A DNA stretch of 64,000 nt from Nitrosopumilaceae archaeon (lineage in GTDB: Archaea; Thermoproteota; Nitrososphaeria; Nitrososphaerales; Nitrosopumilaceae): the NCBI GenBank assembly GCA_965214835.1, contig CBDCCK010000002.1:160001-224000 (forward strand). The letters are read 5' to 3'. The notes under the pieces are model-generated. The model ran no database searches. It saw only the letters and a program-made list of their open reading frames with translations, and had not been told where the DNA came from. Below, piece by piece: positions 48,075 through 58,540 of the stretch; position 1 is the stretch's first letter, and every line of letters starts with the position of its first letter. A program made the translations under genes and the position numbers.

Positions 48075-49520
48075 TTATTCCAAGAATTCAAACGTCGTGC
48101 CTTCACTGTTTCCCCGCCTTTTCCGCCAGAAATAGAACGCTCCAACACCTATACATGCAATTACGATGTATATAACAATTCTGTCGGATTCGGGGACAGT
48201 TGCCGCCTCGGGTATTATCGCGTCAGTGATTCCACTGGTTGCGTTCTCTGGAATTATCCTGTCTATGATCTCGGCTACCGGCTCCACCGGCACCGTCACC
48301 GGCGGCGCAGGCTTTGGGCACGAGTTCCAGTGCTCGGCGGCAAAGCTGCTCTTCTTGCAGAACCCAGACTCCAGCCGTGCATGACCGAGCTCCAGCAGCT
48401 CGGCGTTGAGAACGGTATCGCCGCATGTCACCTTTGCCCATGTCGCCCCCCTGGAATCCTCCGGGGTCGTATCGTCCGCATCCACTAGCACGTGTGCGTG
48501 CAGCGGGCAGTGCTCGGCAGTAAAGGCTGCCGCCTCGATCGACCTGGTGCTGCGCAGATCGTCCGGGGTGTTTGCAAGCGACAGCCGTATCTCCGTGCCG
48601 TCCACCTCAAACCCGTCGCCGTCGTCAAGCTCCGTCACCACCCCGACATGGCACGTGTCACACGTCATGTTGTAGCTCCATCCGACGTACATCGCATTGT
48701 GCTCCACGACATCCCTGACGTTGAGCGGATCTTCTGTGGCCGCCTCCATGGCCTCTGAGCGGATCTGTTCTGTGATTTCTGGCGCGTCTACCACCTTTAT
48801 GCCGCCGCGGACCCACGGGTGTATTGTACACCAGAACTCGCCGTCACCGTCGGCCCTCTCCGGCACCAGCACGCCGTCACCGTCCGGGAGTATCTCCCCC
48901 GTCGTGACATCGCCGACCCTGATGTTGTGTGTCACATAGTCGTTGTTCCAGAACCTGACGGGCACGCCGACCGGTGTCGTCGTGTGTTGCGGTGACGTGC
49001 ACCCGTCTCTGGATGATGCCGGTGCCTCCGCTTCATCCTCCTCTGTGTCCCCCGTGTCTGCATCCTCGCAGGCGACTATGGCGTTGCGCATGATGTCGAT
49101 CTCTATTCGGCCGGAGTGATCCGTGATCAGAAAGTTCAGATCGTGAGTCCTCTCGCGGGTCCTTGTGTCTGCCGCGTCCCATGTAGTTATCTGTACGGTG
49201 TACAGCCCAGACTGGGTGCCGCCCTCAAGGCTGACAAACCCGACCAGGACTCCCGATTCTGCCACGAGAAGCGTGGACTCTTCTATAGTCCCGCCGGGGC
49301 CCGTGACTGTCATGTTTGCATTGGGAAGCTCTATGCGCCCGTCTATTCTTACCAGCAGCCGCTCTGTATGCCTTTCAAGTATCCTGTCCTCGATGTGCAC
49401 GCCGTACTCGTCACCGTGCTCCTCCGCATGTGCTGCCGGCGTACCGGATCCGAGCCAGAGGATCGCCATTGCCGTCACTACCAGCACTGCCAGTCCTGTT
49501 CCTGCAGTGCTGGGTCTCAT
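48075..49520 (-). CDS. Exported cupredoxin + thermonuclease(SNase)-like fusion with C-terminal anchor
   Basis: Signal peptide; N.D...HN...WCTIHPW; DGDG...IRL...NTPD...LNAELLELGHA; C-terminal TM plus RKRR. Confidence 0.8.
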   Translation of the reverse strand: MRPSTAGTGLAVLVVTAMAILWLGSGTPAAHAEEHGDEYGVHIEDRILERHTERLLVRIDGRIELPNANMTVTGPGGTIEESTLLVAESGVLVGFVSLEGGTQSGLYTVQITTWDAADTRTRERTHDLNFLITDHSGRIEIDIMRNAIVACEDADTGDTEEDEAEAPASSRDGCTSPQHTTTPVGVPVRFWNNDYVTHNIRVGDVTTGEILPDGDGVLVPERADGDGEFWCTIHPWVRGGIKVVDAPEITEQIRSEAMEAATEDPLNVRDVVEHNAMYVGWSYNMTCDTCHVGVVTELDDGDGFEVDGTEIRLSLANTPDDLRSTRSIEAAAFTAEHCPLHAHVLVDADDTTPEDSRGATWAKVTCGDTVLNAELLELGHARLESGFCKKSSFAAEHWNSCPKPAPPVTVPVEPVAEIIDRIIPENATSGITDAIIPEAATVPESDRIVIYIVIACIGVGAFYFWRKRRGNSEGTTFEFLE

Positions 49521-50788
49521 CTGCCGCCTCCCTCCATCTGGTGATATACGTCTGCATACGCATCCATTCCGGTGCGGTCACCGTCTTCCCCGTCCCCGCC
49601 GTCGGATCCTGCATTCTGTGTCTGCGTATCGTCCCCTTCCTCCGGCCCGTCCACGACGTTGCTGTCTTCCTGGCGCGGACTCCCGGCGTCATTGTCATCA
49701 TCCGACTCTTGGCCTTCGGTATCGCAGTCTTCCCTTGCCTGCCCCGGACTGTCCGTGTCGTCGTCACCCCCTTCTGCCTGCTCCCGGACTTTGGCACCGT
49801 CATCTACATCCCCGGACTCGTCTGCAGCGTCTGCCGTGCCGTCGGCCGTGTCGTTCCCTGCTCCCGTATTATCATGTCCCGGCATCCCGCCCTCGATTGT
49901 CAGGTGGTCAAATGCATGCTCGCTGAGCGCTGCCGACGACGTCGTAGTCGGATCGGCGTGTCCCATCTGCGCGGTCAGGCCGTCCTCCGGGAAGCGCACA
50001 ATCGGCGCCAGCTCATAGTCTGCCAGTATGTTGTTGCTGTTCTTGCACGGTTCCCTGACTGCCTTTTGAAGTCTTGTCGTTGCCAGATCCAGGTTCTTGG
50101 CCCTGGCAGATACCACCTTTCCTGTAACCAGCCTGTTCGGCTCGCGCTCTGCGGTATACGGGACGGCGTTGCACAGCCGCTGTATGTCTGACAGCGTTTT
50201 CGTGCCGACCAGTATCTCTGCTGCAAAAAACGACTCGGCCTCGGCCTTGCGCCGCGCGTCCTTCTCGTGCAGGTCTATGGCGCCTCCCGACTCGCTCCGT
50301 TTTTCGTTGCGCCGCGCAAGTGATCTGAACTTTGAGCTCAGGCGCCTGGATGGCACGTGCCTTAGCTTTATGACGAACACCCCGTGCGGGGCCTCGGCCA
50401 TGGCCGAGTGTATGTTCTGCTCGTCGCCCTCTGTAGTTGATACGTGGAGCGGGTATGCAAAGCTCTTGCCAAGCTTCAGCGCGACCAGCGCGTCAATCCT
50501 GGTCATCGGCGGAAACTCCATGCGCTCTGCCCCAAAGGAGGACACGGACTCTACGTTGGACGTGTAAGAGTCCGGTATCCTGAGGCATAGCGTCATGCCC
50601 GACGACGGCAGATGGAATATGCAGAATACCACGTCCGGTATCGCGCGGCACAGCATCAGCAGATCCTTGTCCTTGGAGTCGTCGTACTGCTCGGTTGCCG
50701 CCGCCTCGTACGGTCGCAGCCTGTACCAGGCGTATCCCTGCCGCACTACCGTCCACCCTGCTCCCGGGGTTTTGCGGCACCGCCGCAC
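49517..50788 (-). CDS. Hypothetical protein with acidic tail (start uncertain)
   Basis: Long ORF coupled to the downstream gene; ILADYELAPIVRFP is reminiscent of segments preceding VirD4-like ATPase domains, but no Walker A. Confidence 0.6.
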   Translation of the reverse strand: MRRCRKTPGAGWTVVRQGYAWYRLRPYEAAATEQYDDSKDKDLLMLCRAIPDVVFCIFHLPSSGMTLCLRIPDSYTSNVESVSSFGAERMEFPPMTRIDALVALKLGKSFAYPLHVSTTEGDEQNIHSAMAEAPHGVFVIKLRHVPSRRLSSKFRSLARRNEKRSESGGAIDLHEKDARRKAEAESFFAAEILVGTKTLSDIQRLCNAVPYTAEREPNRLVTGKVVSARAKNLDLATTRLQKAVREPCKNSNNILADYELAPIVRFPEDGLTAQMGHADPTTTSSAALSEHAFDHLTIEGGMPGHDNTGAGNDTADGTADAADESGDVDDGAKVREQAEGGDDDTDSPGQAREDCDTEGQESDDDNDAGSPRQEDSNVVDGPEEGDDTQTQNAGSDGGDGEDGDRTGMDAYADVYHQMEGGGR

Positions 50789-50846
50789 CCTGCATTCCGC
50801 ACCTGGCCGCCGCGTCTGTGCGCGTCCCTTGCGGACTCGGGCGCAC

Positions 50847-51461
50847 TCACTGTCTGGCCTCCCAGTCCTTCAGGGCCATCATGTCTAGGTGAAATGTTAT
50901 CGACTGGCTTCGCCTCCGCTTCTCCGGATACTCATCCCACATTATCTTCTCGTAGATAAACCGCCCAAGCGAATAGTAGTCCTCTCCCACATGGTCAAGA
51001 AACTCCAGTATCCGGTGATCATGTATTTTCAGGCTTGCAAACCATGCCTCAGAAATGTATCCTAGCGCGGTCAGTATGTGAAGTGCCTTTTTCCCCTCGT
51101 TCTCACTATGTGGTCCTACCAGCGTGTACTCTAGCGTCTCTCGCAGTATGTTCATCCTGCCGCGGATCTCCAGGTGCGCGTCGGTCACCCGCGTCAGCAT
51201 TGCAAGCGTGTGAAACGACATTCCCAGGTCGGCCGCAATTATGAGCCATCTTGCATACTTTGTCGGCCTGCCGTCCTCTATGAGGTACGAGTGGTCGCCT
51301 ATGGGTACGGGCCCGTACTTTAGCATCCTGTATGTGGCAGAGTCCTTGACTATCCTGGCGTGGCGGTTGAGCTTAAAGTCGCATTTTTTCTCGCGCTGTA
51401 CAGACTTTGCATTGCGGATGAGCTCGGGGTCTGTCACGCCGTGGTTCTTTGGCAGCCTCAT
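50847..51461 (-). CDS. Hypothetical protein, tandem paralog B
   Basis: Highly similar to 51458..52090. Confidence 0.8.
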   Translation of the reverse strand: MRLPKNHGVTDPELIRNAKSVQREKKCDFKLNRHARIVKDSATYRMLKYGPVPIGDHSYLIEDGRPTKYARWLIIAADLGMSFHTLAMLTRVTDAHLEIRGRMNILRETLEYTLVGPHSENEGKKALHILTALGYISEAWFASLKIHDHRILEFLDHVGEDYYSLGRFIYEKIMWDEYPEKRRRSQSITFHLDMMALKDWEARQ

Positions 51462-52090
51462 GTCTTTTCTCCTGCAGACGTCTGTGCCGCGTTACGTTCC
51501 TGGCATATCATGTCACGATGGAATCGTTCTACCTGTGTTCGCTTTCTCTCTTCTGCATAATCCTGTTGCATTATCTTCTTGTGTATGAACCGCCCAAGCG
51601 AATAGTAGTCCTCTCCAATCCTGTCTAGAAACTCCAGTATCGGCGCGTCGTGTATTCTTATGTTGCTGGTTCCCGCATGTGAGATGTATCCGCGGTTTGT
51701 GAGTATCTTGAGCGACTTTACCCCCTCCTCCTCTCTGTATTGTGATGTGAGTGCAGTCCTCAGCGCCTCACGCGGCACGTTGATTGCACCGCGTGTCTCC
51801 ATATGCATGTCGGTCACCCGCGTCAGCATCGCAAGCGTGTGAAACGACATTCCCAGGTCGGCTGCAATCATCAGCCATCTTGCATACTTTGTCGGCCTGC
51901 CGTCCTCTATGAGGTACGAGTGGTCGCCGATTGGAACCGGCCCGTACTTTAGCATCCTGTATGTTGCAGAGTCCTTGACTATCCTGGCGTGGGAGTTTAG
52001 TGGAAAGTCGCACTTGTTTTCCCGTCGCACCGACTTTGCGTTGCGGATGAGCTCGGGATCCGTAACGCCGTGGTTTCTTGGCAGCCTCAC
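51458..52090 (-). CDS. Hypothetical protein, tandem paralog A
   Basis: MRLPRNHGVTDPELIRNAKSV N-terminus shared with paralog B. Confidence 0.8.
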   Translation of the reverse strand: MRLPRNHGVTDPELIRNAKSVRRENKCDFPLNSHARIVKDSATYRMLKYGPVPIGDHSYLIEDGRPTKYARWLMIAADLGMSFHTLAMLTRVTDMHMETRGAINVPREALRTALTSQYREEEGVKSLKILTNRGYISHAGTSNIRIHDAPILEFLDRIGEDYYSLGRFIHKKIMQQDYAEERKRTQVERFHRDMICQERNAAQTSAGEKT

Positions 52091-52197
52091 GTCCTCCCCT
52101 CCTGGTTTTTCATCACCCTACACAGATGTAGAAGTATAAAAGCGCCATACTGCACGGTGCGGCCCCCGTGACTGCCGCGATTCCGTCCGAAATTCAC

Positions 52198-52431
52198 CTA
52201 TTCCATCTCCATTGCCCATGTACCGTCAGGGCGCAGCCTTATCCTGCCTGCCGATTCGAGCGACTCCAGTACCCGTATTATCGCAAAGCGGTCTGCCCCG
52301 TCTCCCCCCGTGCGTAAGGCGTATGATATCTGCGGTATGCTCATCCTCTTGCCGCCCTCAAGGAGGCCGCATATCCTGGATTTCAGCTGCGTGCCGGTCA
52401 CAGCTCGATCCTCCTGCGCGACACGTCGCAC
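52198..52431 (-). CDS. Small winged-helix DNA-binding protein
   Basis: MSIPQISYAL...VLESLESAGRIRL..DGTW. Confidence 0.6.
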   Translation of the reverse strand: MRRVAQEDRAVTGTQLKSRICGLLEGGKRMSIPQISYALRTGGDGADRFAIIRVLESLESAGRIRLRPDGTWAMEME

Positions 52432-52471
52432 GGCCTGCCGCAGCAGTCCGAGCCGTATTGCACGTATGTGG

Positions 52472-53119
52472 TCATGTCGCCTTCTCCGCCTGCGGTCCCG
52501 TAGGAATGGCGCGCGGCCACACCTCCTCCATCACGTCCCGGTCGTGCCGATCCCTTATCTTCACTATCCTCGTTATCTGATCGCCCTCAAAGTCTATCCT
52601 GTAGGTGGTAAAGTCGCCGCCGGGAATCTTGACGTATGCCGCATCCCCTAGCAGGTCGATTATGCAGTGTCCCCTTAGGAGGTTCATGATCTCGGCCATG
52701 CCGCACCTGGGATCCAGCAGAATCCTGCCTCCGAACAGCGGAACCTCCTCCTTCTGCGGCCGGCGTGATTCCTCGCTGCCGAGACGCGAAAGGATTGCGG
52801 CCGCATCTTCCTTGTCGTCCTCCTTCTTCAATTCCTCCGCCCTCTTTGACCTCCTGTCCGTATGCCACAGCGGGCCTGGGTGCCCGTCCGCCTCCTCCTT
52901 CCGCTTCTTCTCCCTCTCCAACCTTGCGGCCCTGTGGTACTGCGCCCGCGCATCCACGTATCTCTCGCCCCATGCATCGTCCCTCTCTGCATGCGGCGTC
53001 ATCTGCAGATCCATCAGGATCTCCTCCCATTGTTCGGAGTTCATTTCCTGTTCGTCCTCCTTCCGTTTCTTCCTGCCAAGCAGCTCGCCGAACGCGCGCG
53101 GCATGGGCCATGGGATCAT
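52472..53119 (-). CDS. Hypothetical charged protein
   Basis: Operon-like coupling; 27-bp stop/start junction duplicated at 53041 and 53116. Confidence 0.55.
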   Translation of the reverse strand: MIPWPMPRAFGELLGRKKRKEDEQEMNSEQWEEILMDLQMTPHAERDDAWGERYVDARAQYHRAARLEREKKRKEEADGHPGPLWHTDRRSKRAEELKKEDDKEDAAAILSRLGSEESRRPQKEEVPLFGGRILLDPRCGMAEIMNLLRGHCIIDLLGDAAYVKIPGGDFTTYRIDFEGDQITRIVKIRDRHDRDVMEEVWPRAIPTGPQAEKAT

Positions 53120-53544
53120 TTCCTGTTCGTCCTCCTTCCGTTCACCGGCAGCCGCCGCAGCGACTCGTCGATCATGCCGGTCCATCCGCACTGCAGTCCC
53201 CTGCACTTTGACGTGTCTATGACCAGCACCCGGAGTCCCGCTTCCCTGTAGTGCCTGTCGCGCAGCGCCGTGCGCCTTTTGTACTTGGGATACTTTCGGT
53301 GCGAGCTGCCGTCAAGCTCTATGACCAGATCTATGCTGCGGCACTGCGGATCCAGGATCATTATGTCCGGCGTGTGGTGGATCGTTCTTTCGAGGAGGTT
53401 CTTTGAGACCTTCTCAAAGACGCCGACTACCTTCGAGCGGTGGAACAGCACGCTGTGCTCCAGCAGCACCCTCTCCGGGGGCATCTCGTGCGTGTGCTCC
53501 AGGTATCCGACCATGGCGTTCAGCGGGCTGGCATCCTCGTTCAT
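53116..53544 (-). CDS. DUF559/Vsr-like PD-(D/E)XK endonuclease
   Basis: TPDIMIL...LVIELDGSSH...RD..YREAGLRVLVI. Confidence 0.8.
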   Translation of the reverse strand: MNEDASPLNAMVGYLEHTHEMPPERVLLEHSVLFHRSKVVGVFEKVSKNLLERTIHHTPDIMILDPQCRSIDLVIELDGSSHRKYPKYKRRTALRDRHYREAGLRVLVIDTSKCRGLQCGWTGMIDESLRRLPVNGRRTNRK

Positions 53545-54332
53545 GCATGTCCCTCCGGCCGCACCGCGCGGCAGTCGGCTGCGGCCTCCATGTCTATGAG
53601 GTACCATGTGCCGTCCCTGCCGCGCGCAAAGTCGACGCTCCATTCCCCCCGCACGACTCCGGCCACCTCGCCGGCGTGCCGCCTTATTTCATCAGCCGAT
53701 CCGTGTACGGTCTCGTTCTGCCGCGCAAGTATTGACCTCCAGCCTTTGCGGATCTCCGAGTCCGGCAGCCCGTCCCACCCGGCAATCACGTCCTCCGTCC
53801 AGTACGGCCTGACGCCGGCGACCTCCCCGCCGCGTATGACGGCACGCGCCTCGCACCCTATCGGCAGTGACGCGAACGCCGTAAAGTTGGCATCGATGTC
53901 TATCCACTCGCGGAATGCTATCCCCCTGTCGTGCAGGCCTGCTGCCGCATTGAGGCTTGCAAGCTCCAGTATGTGGCCGAGTAGTGATCTCTCGTCGGGA
54001 AGCCTGCACGTCCGGCGAAAGTGCCGCTTCTGGCTTGACGTGTCGGTTCGCAGAAACATCGGGAACCTGCCGATGCGGCTCATGGCAGCGCACAGGCGTT
54101 CCATGTCACTCCCGCACAGGCCGCGCCCCACGTTGATCGCGGACGATATCGAGTCGCTTGATATTGCCACCATCTCCGTTCTCGGCTGCGGAACGGGCAG
54201 GTCCCTGATTAGTCGGTACCAGTACAGCATCGAGTTTCTCTCGCGTGATGGCAACCGCTGTAATGAAGGTGATGACGCAAGGCCTGCAGGCCGTCCGTCT
54301 TGCATTGTCCTGCTGCCGGGAACCCACGTCAT
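53541..54332 (-). CDS. ATP-grasp-like protein of mobile elements
   Basis: FPMFLRTD..S.K, FREWI, EAR, PYW, WSVDFA...DGTWYLIDM. Confidence 0.65.
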   Translation of the reverse strand: MTWVPGSRTMQDGRPAGLASSPSLQRLPSRERNSMLYWYRLIRDLPVPQPRTEMVAISSDSISSAINVGRGLCGSDMERLCAAMSRIGRFPMFLRTDTSSQKRHFRRTCRLPDERSLLGHILELASLNAAAGLHDRGIAFREWIDIDANFTAFASLPIGCEARAVIRGGEVAGVRPYWTEDVIAGWDGLPDSEIRKGWRSILARQNETVHGSADEIRRHAGEVAGVVRGEWSVDFARGRDGTWYLIDMEAAADCRAVRPEGHA

Positions 54333-54517
54333 ATGTGCGCCTTCCTCCAGCATTTTGCGTGGTAGCGGAGCCGCCTGGAACGCGTGGGCCTTGTGACCAC
54401 CATGTCTCCCAGCTTGATCTCCTCGCCGCACTTGTGGCACTTGTCGGTGCCGCTGTCGCGGCTGCCTTCTCTCCCGTGCATGTGCCTTGCGCAGACGACA
54501 TACGTGCGCTTGCTCAT
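54329..54517 (-). CDS. Small zinc-finger protein
   Basis: CHKCGEEIKLGD...YHAKC. Confidence 0.65.
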   Translation of the reverse strand: MSKRTYVVCARHMHGREGSRDSGTDKCHKCGEEIKLGDMVVTRPTRSRRLRYHAKCWRKAHI

Positions 54518-54602
54518 TGTGGTGGACGCGCCCTCCGGCATGTGCAGTTTGTATGACGTGTCCGAAGCTGGGTTTCCCCCGCCCACACTTTGTGGGCGCG
54601 TC

Positions 54603-54872
54603 TCATGTCTTTTTCTTCACCTTGGTGTAACAGCTGGTGCAGTAGAGTGACTTTATGCAGTCGGCGCCGCACCGCAGGCAGATCATCTTTGTCGCGCCGA
54701 CCTGCCAGATCTTTACCTTTCCGTACGTCGGATGCTCCCTTGTCATGTGCAGGCATGTCGAGCACACCGGGTACTCGCTGCCGTCCTCAAACGATATGCG
54801 GTAGTCGGGCTCCCTGTCTGTGCAGCATCCGCCCGGCAGCTTTCTCATCTGCTCTGTTATGCTCAGGCTCAT
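54603..54872 (-). CDS. Small multi-CxxC zinc-finger protein
   Basis: CSTC, CLRC, CTSC. Confidence 0.65.
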   Translation of the reverse strand: MSLSITEQMRKLPGGCCTDREPDYRISFEDGSEYPVCSTCLHMTREHPTYGKVKIWQVGATKMICLRCGADCIKSLYCTSCYTKVKKKT

Positions 54873-55159
54873 CGCTTCTTCATCTCCTTTAGCGTCTGCC
54901 TTAGTCTGCTGTTCATTGACTGGGTGGTTGACGCGCCGACAAGGATCGACGCGTCGTTTTTCAAATCATGGATGTTATCAAAAAAGAAGAGAATGGCCGC
55001 CCGAAAGATCTGCGTTCTTGAGGTGTCTGCTCCATTCTGTTTTATCTCTTGCAGTACCGCAGAGCTGTCGATGATCTTTGACACCAGTCTTTGTGTGGCG
55101 CTAGCCATCGGCGAGCCGATGATCACGCTATGTTCACTATCTAAGGGTGGCCACCCCAT
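54869..55159 (-). CDS. Small putative DNA-binding regulator (RHH-like)
   Basis: SRTQIFRAAI motif; first gene of the module, GCTTAAAT upstream. Confidence 0.5.
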   Translation of the reverse strand: MGWPPLDSEHSVIIGSPMASATQRLVSKIIDSSAVLQEIKQNGADTSRTQIFRAAILFFFDNIHDLKNDASILVGASTTQSMNSRLRQTLKEMKKR

Positions 55160-55348
55160 CTATGTTAGTCATGTTGTTGCAGTTTTCTATATGATTGAAA
55201 ATTATTTAAGCTTTGCACAACACCCATAGTTGAACATTTCATGCATTGGCATGTCGCCTCCAGAGAATACGTCTTGGAAGTGTGATGATCAAAACCCTAT
55301 CGACGCATTATGTAACAACTCATGCAAACCCACATCTGCCAGCATCTG

Positions 55349-55878
55349 TCCTATTGTTAGGCATCAATTTGTTTATAAAAACATCAGATTTGCAGCATTG
55401 AACGTACTTGTACATGCAAAGGCGGGCAAACGACACCGTCCCGTAATGCTCAGATATGGCGCGCTGCAGCTCGCTGACCTTTCTGTACACTATCCCACTG
55501 AAAACGACAGGCTTGCCTAGGCTCCGGCATTCTTCCACGACATTGGGGTGCGGCGATCCCCCCCCCCCCCGGGATCATTGTCAGCCTGACGTCTAGATGG
55601 CCCGCCGGATATTCTGCGACGGTAGCAGCTCCGTGCACGCTCCACATGTAGCAAAAGACTGCAACCCTGTCAGACTTCGCGCAGCGCCTCCAGACATTGT
55701 ATGAACTGCACCGACGTAAACGATCCCGTAAACGTCATGAACAGATTCCTGCCGTCTTCTGCGATGCTTCCAAACACGGCCACCTTTGTGTGGTCCACGA
55801 ATACGACGCCACGCTTCTGGTGCCGACCGGACCCCATGCGTATCTGTCGTATGAACCCTGCACGAAGAACGCCTCATC
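55349..55878 (-). mobile_element. IS630-family transposase 3' remnant (inverted copy of ~57281-57790)
   Basis: Near-identical reverse complement (DEAFFVQGSYDRYAWGPVG), multiple frameshifts. Confidence 0.8.
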
Positions 55879-56119
55879 ACAGCTAAGTGAAAAGTACCCT
55901 GAAATCGAGCAAAAACAAAAACTGGACATGAGGCACAACGCCTCAGCAGCAAGGCAAAACAGCAAATCTAATTTACATTTCACTTAGCTGAAATTGGAAC
56001 TGGGACACTCATGAGTGGCAATTCTCCCTGGGACACGCCGGGATGCGCGATTCAAGGAAAGAAAAAGATCAGGGTTTTCACAAACCGTTTACGCTTTCGG
56101 AGCCAGACATCTGCTAAAA

Positions 56120-56599
56120 TCACAATTCATAAAAATCAATTCCAACATTTTCAGGCCTGTTAGAAAGAACCCCCTCTGCGCGGCATATCATGACCTTGAT
56201 CTTTGTTTCGGACTTTCCCCTTATTTGTGACGCACTGGGTTTGCTGTTTCCGGATTTGGCCTCCACCCACATAAAGTCCTCAGCTTTGGTCTGGTTGATC
56301 TGCCGGGACGGACTTTCGGCGCACAGCCGGACTGCAAGAAAATCATACAGGTATCGCGGCCTGTATTTTGTAGTTGTCCTGCATATATTGCAGATATCGT
56401 TCCTTAGAATCCCAGGTACTGCTATGTCTATTCTGCCATCTTTGTAACCAAACGGTATTTTGTTGCCGGATAGCAGCTCTCCTGCGTCGATGTTATGCGG
56501 CCTGACACATGCCATGTTTTGGGAGTAAAGAAACTGTTCACAGTACGTCTCCCCCAGCGCTCCAAGAATCTGGTTGTTCATTTCCAGGTATTTTTTCAA
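56120..56599 (-). CDS. PD-(D/E)XK endonuclease-like protein
   Basis: LGALGE...YDFL...WVEAKSGNSKPS..Q. Confidence 0.7.
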   Translation of the reverse strand: MKKYLEMNNQILGALGETYCEQFLYSQNMACVRPHNIDAGELLSGNKIPFGYKDGRIDIAVPGILRNDICNICRTTTKYRPRYLYDFLAVRLCAESPSRQINQTKAEDFMWVEAKSGNSKPSASQIRGKSETKIKVMICRAEGVLSNRPENVGIDFYEL

Positions 56600-56768
56600 G
56601 TGTTTTTCTTATGCAGGCTCCGAATTTATCGATATCTTCCCCCTCCCCATGTCCCGAATTGAACATCCCGGTAAAATGCCCGAGTTAGTATAGCAACGAG
56701 CAGAAGTCTTTGAGCCAAAACAGGGTTCATTCGAAAGGTATGATGATCGCGTAACCGGCATGGTGGGC

Positions 56769-57786
56769 ATGGCAAAAGAAGCAGACATCCTGCCAGAGGC
56801 CATGCGCAGAGAAAAGGATGCCAAGTCTGTAAAAAGATCATAGCGTTGATGTTTGTGTTAGAAGACGACGTAGGCGTGCCCGAGACCGCAAGAAGGGGGT
56901 CCAGTGCAGCGAGAATTCCGTGCGCAACTGGCTGGCGAGGTTTTCGGAGGACGGCATAGACGGCCTCCGGGATCTTCCCCGTTCCGGATGCAGGCCAAGG
57001 GTGGACAGAAAAAAGATTGCCGCCATAATGAACCTGTCCATTGAACGCAACAGTACCTACGTCATGACGGTACGCGATGACATACGGGATGCCGCCGGGA
57101 CAGAATACAGCACAGGCCATGTCCGAAGACTGATGCGCCGGCACGGCCTGTCGCGCCGCAAGGTGCAAAACGTACATGTCAACCATGCCGCCCCAAGCTC
57201 GGCATGCTCATGGCAGCGGTATCTTGAAGACGTGCGGATTCCACGCCTGAAAAACGGCGGTTTTACGCTGGTGTCATCTGATGAGGCGTTCTTCGTGCAG
57301 GGTTCATACGACAGATACGCATGGGGTCCGGTCGGCACCAGAAGCGTGGCGTCGTATTCGTGGACCACACAAAGGTGGCCGTGTTTGGAAGCATCGCAGA
57401 AGACGGCAGGAAGCTGCTCATGACGTTTACGGGATCGTTTACGTCGGTGCAGTTCATACAATGTCTGGAGGCGCTGCGCGAAGTCTGACAGGGTTGCAGT
57501 CTTTTGCTACATGTGGAGCGTGCACGGAGCTGCTGCCGTCGCAGGATATCCGGCGGGCCATCCAGACGTCAGGCTGATAATGCTCCCGAGAGGATCGCCG
57601 TACCTCAATGTCGTAGAAGAATGCTGGAACCTGGGCAAGCATGCCGTTTTCAGGGGGATAGTGTACAGAAAGATCAGCGAGCTGCGGCACACCATATCCG
57701 AATATTACAGGACGGTGTCGTTTGCCCGCCTTTACATGTACAGGTACATTTACAGATCGCCGCTCAAGGCCATCAATTACTTGTGA
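56769..57786 (+). pseudogene. IS630-family transposase, frameshifted
   Basis: VRNWLARF..DGIDGL.D.PRSG.RP HTH, SDEAFF, LPRGSPYLNVVEECW. Confidence 0.85.
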
Positions 57787-58116
57787 CCGCTGCTAGAAGA
57801 AAGCATATTTTGAAAATTTTAGATTTTCTGAAGACCTCGATTTTGTATGTCTTGAGGATGTTTCAGTAGATTTTATGGGTTTTATACAAGATAACACGAA
57901 AGATCTCGATGTGGAATTTACTGAAATATCTGACTTGGAAAAGAAGAGTGAAAGTTCAAAATTCAAAGTCAAGTATAGCCAATCCAGTGGAGCTAAGACA
58001 AGCATCAGGGTGGACTTGAGCCAGTCTTCCCAGAAGTAACCGACTCGTGGCGGTGCAGGAGGCTACATGCGGATCTGCAGGCAGCCTCATCTGAATTGTT
58101 TCGAGTCTAGGATAGT

Positions 58117-58540
58117 TTGATGCGGTACTTCGGGGGAGACAGCTTACGAGGTGATATAGTGATAGAACACCCTGCCGGGAACAGGCCACGTCACTGCACA
58201 GACGGCAATATCGAAGCTAGTCGACATCAAGAGGTTTCCCGCCCCCGAAAAGCTCGTCGCATACGCTGGTCTGGCTCCGTCGCGCAGGGACAGCGCGGAC
58301 AGGCACAGGGGAGGCGGCATGACAAGGCAGGGATCGGCGTGGCTGCGCCGGATGATGGTCAACTCGGCTACCGTCGCGGTGTGGAATGATCCCGGGATAA
58401 AGGGGATATTCAGCAGGGTGAAAAAGAGACGCGGATAGCAAAAGGCAAAGGTTGCAGCGGCAAGGCACATGACGGAGATAATCTGGCACATGCTGACCAC
58501 CGTGGAGTACCGGACGCAGAACCCGGCTCTTATGCAGTGA
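58117..58540 (+). pseudogene. IS110 transposase C-terminal remnant
   Basis: RFPAPEKLVAYAGLAPSRRDS...TRQGSAWLR...AKVAAARHMTEIIWHML across frames. Confidence 0.8.

Larger units (their letters stand above)
1..55220 (-). mobile_element. Large integrated element/genomic island with type IV pilus-like module and cargo; boundaries uncertain
   Basis: No housekeeping genes; co-oriented coupled operons typical of mobile elements; IS debris separates it from nadX; no integrase or att site seen. Confidence 0.65.

Noticed and set aside
55558-55570. Poly-C tract as a phase-variation switch
   Set aside because: It lies in an already fragmented IS630 remnant
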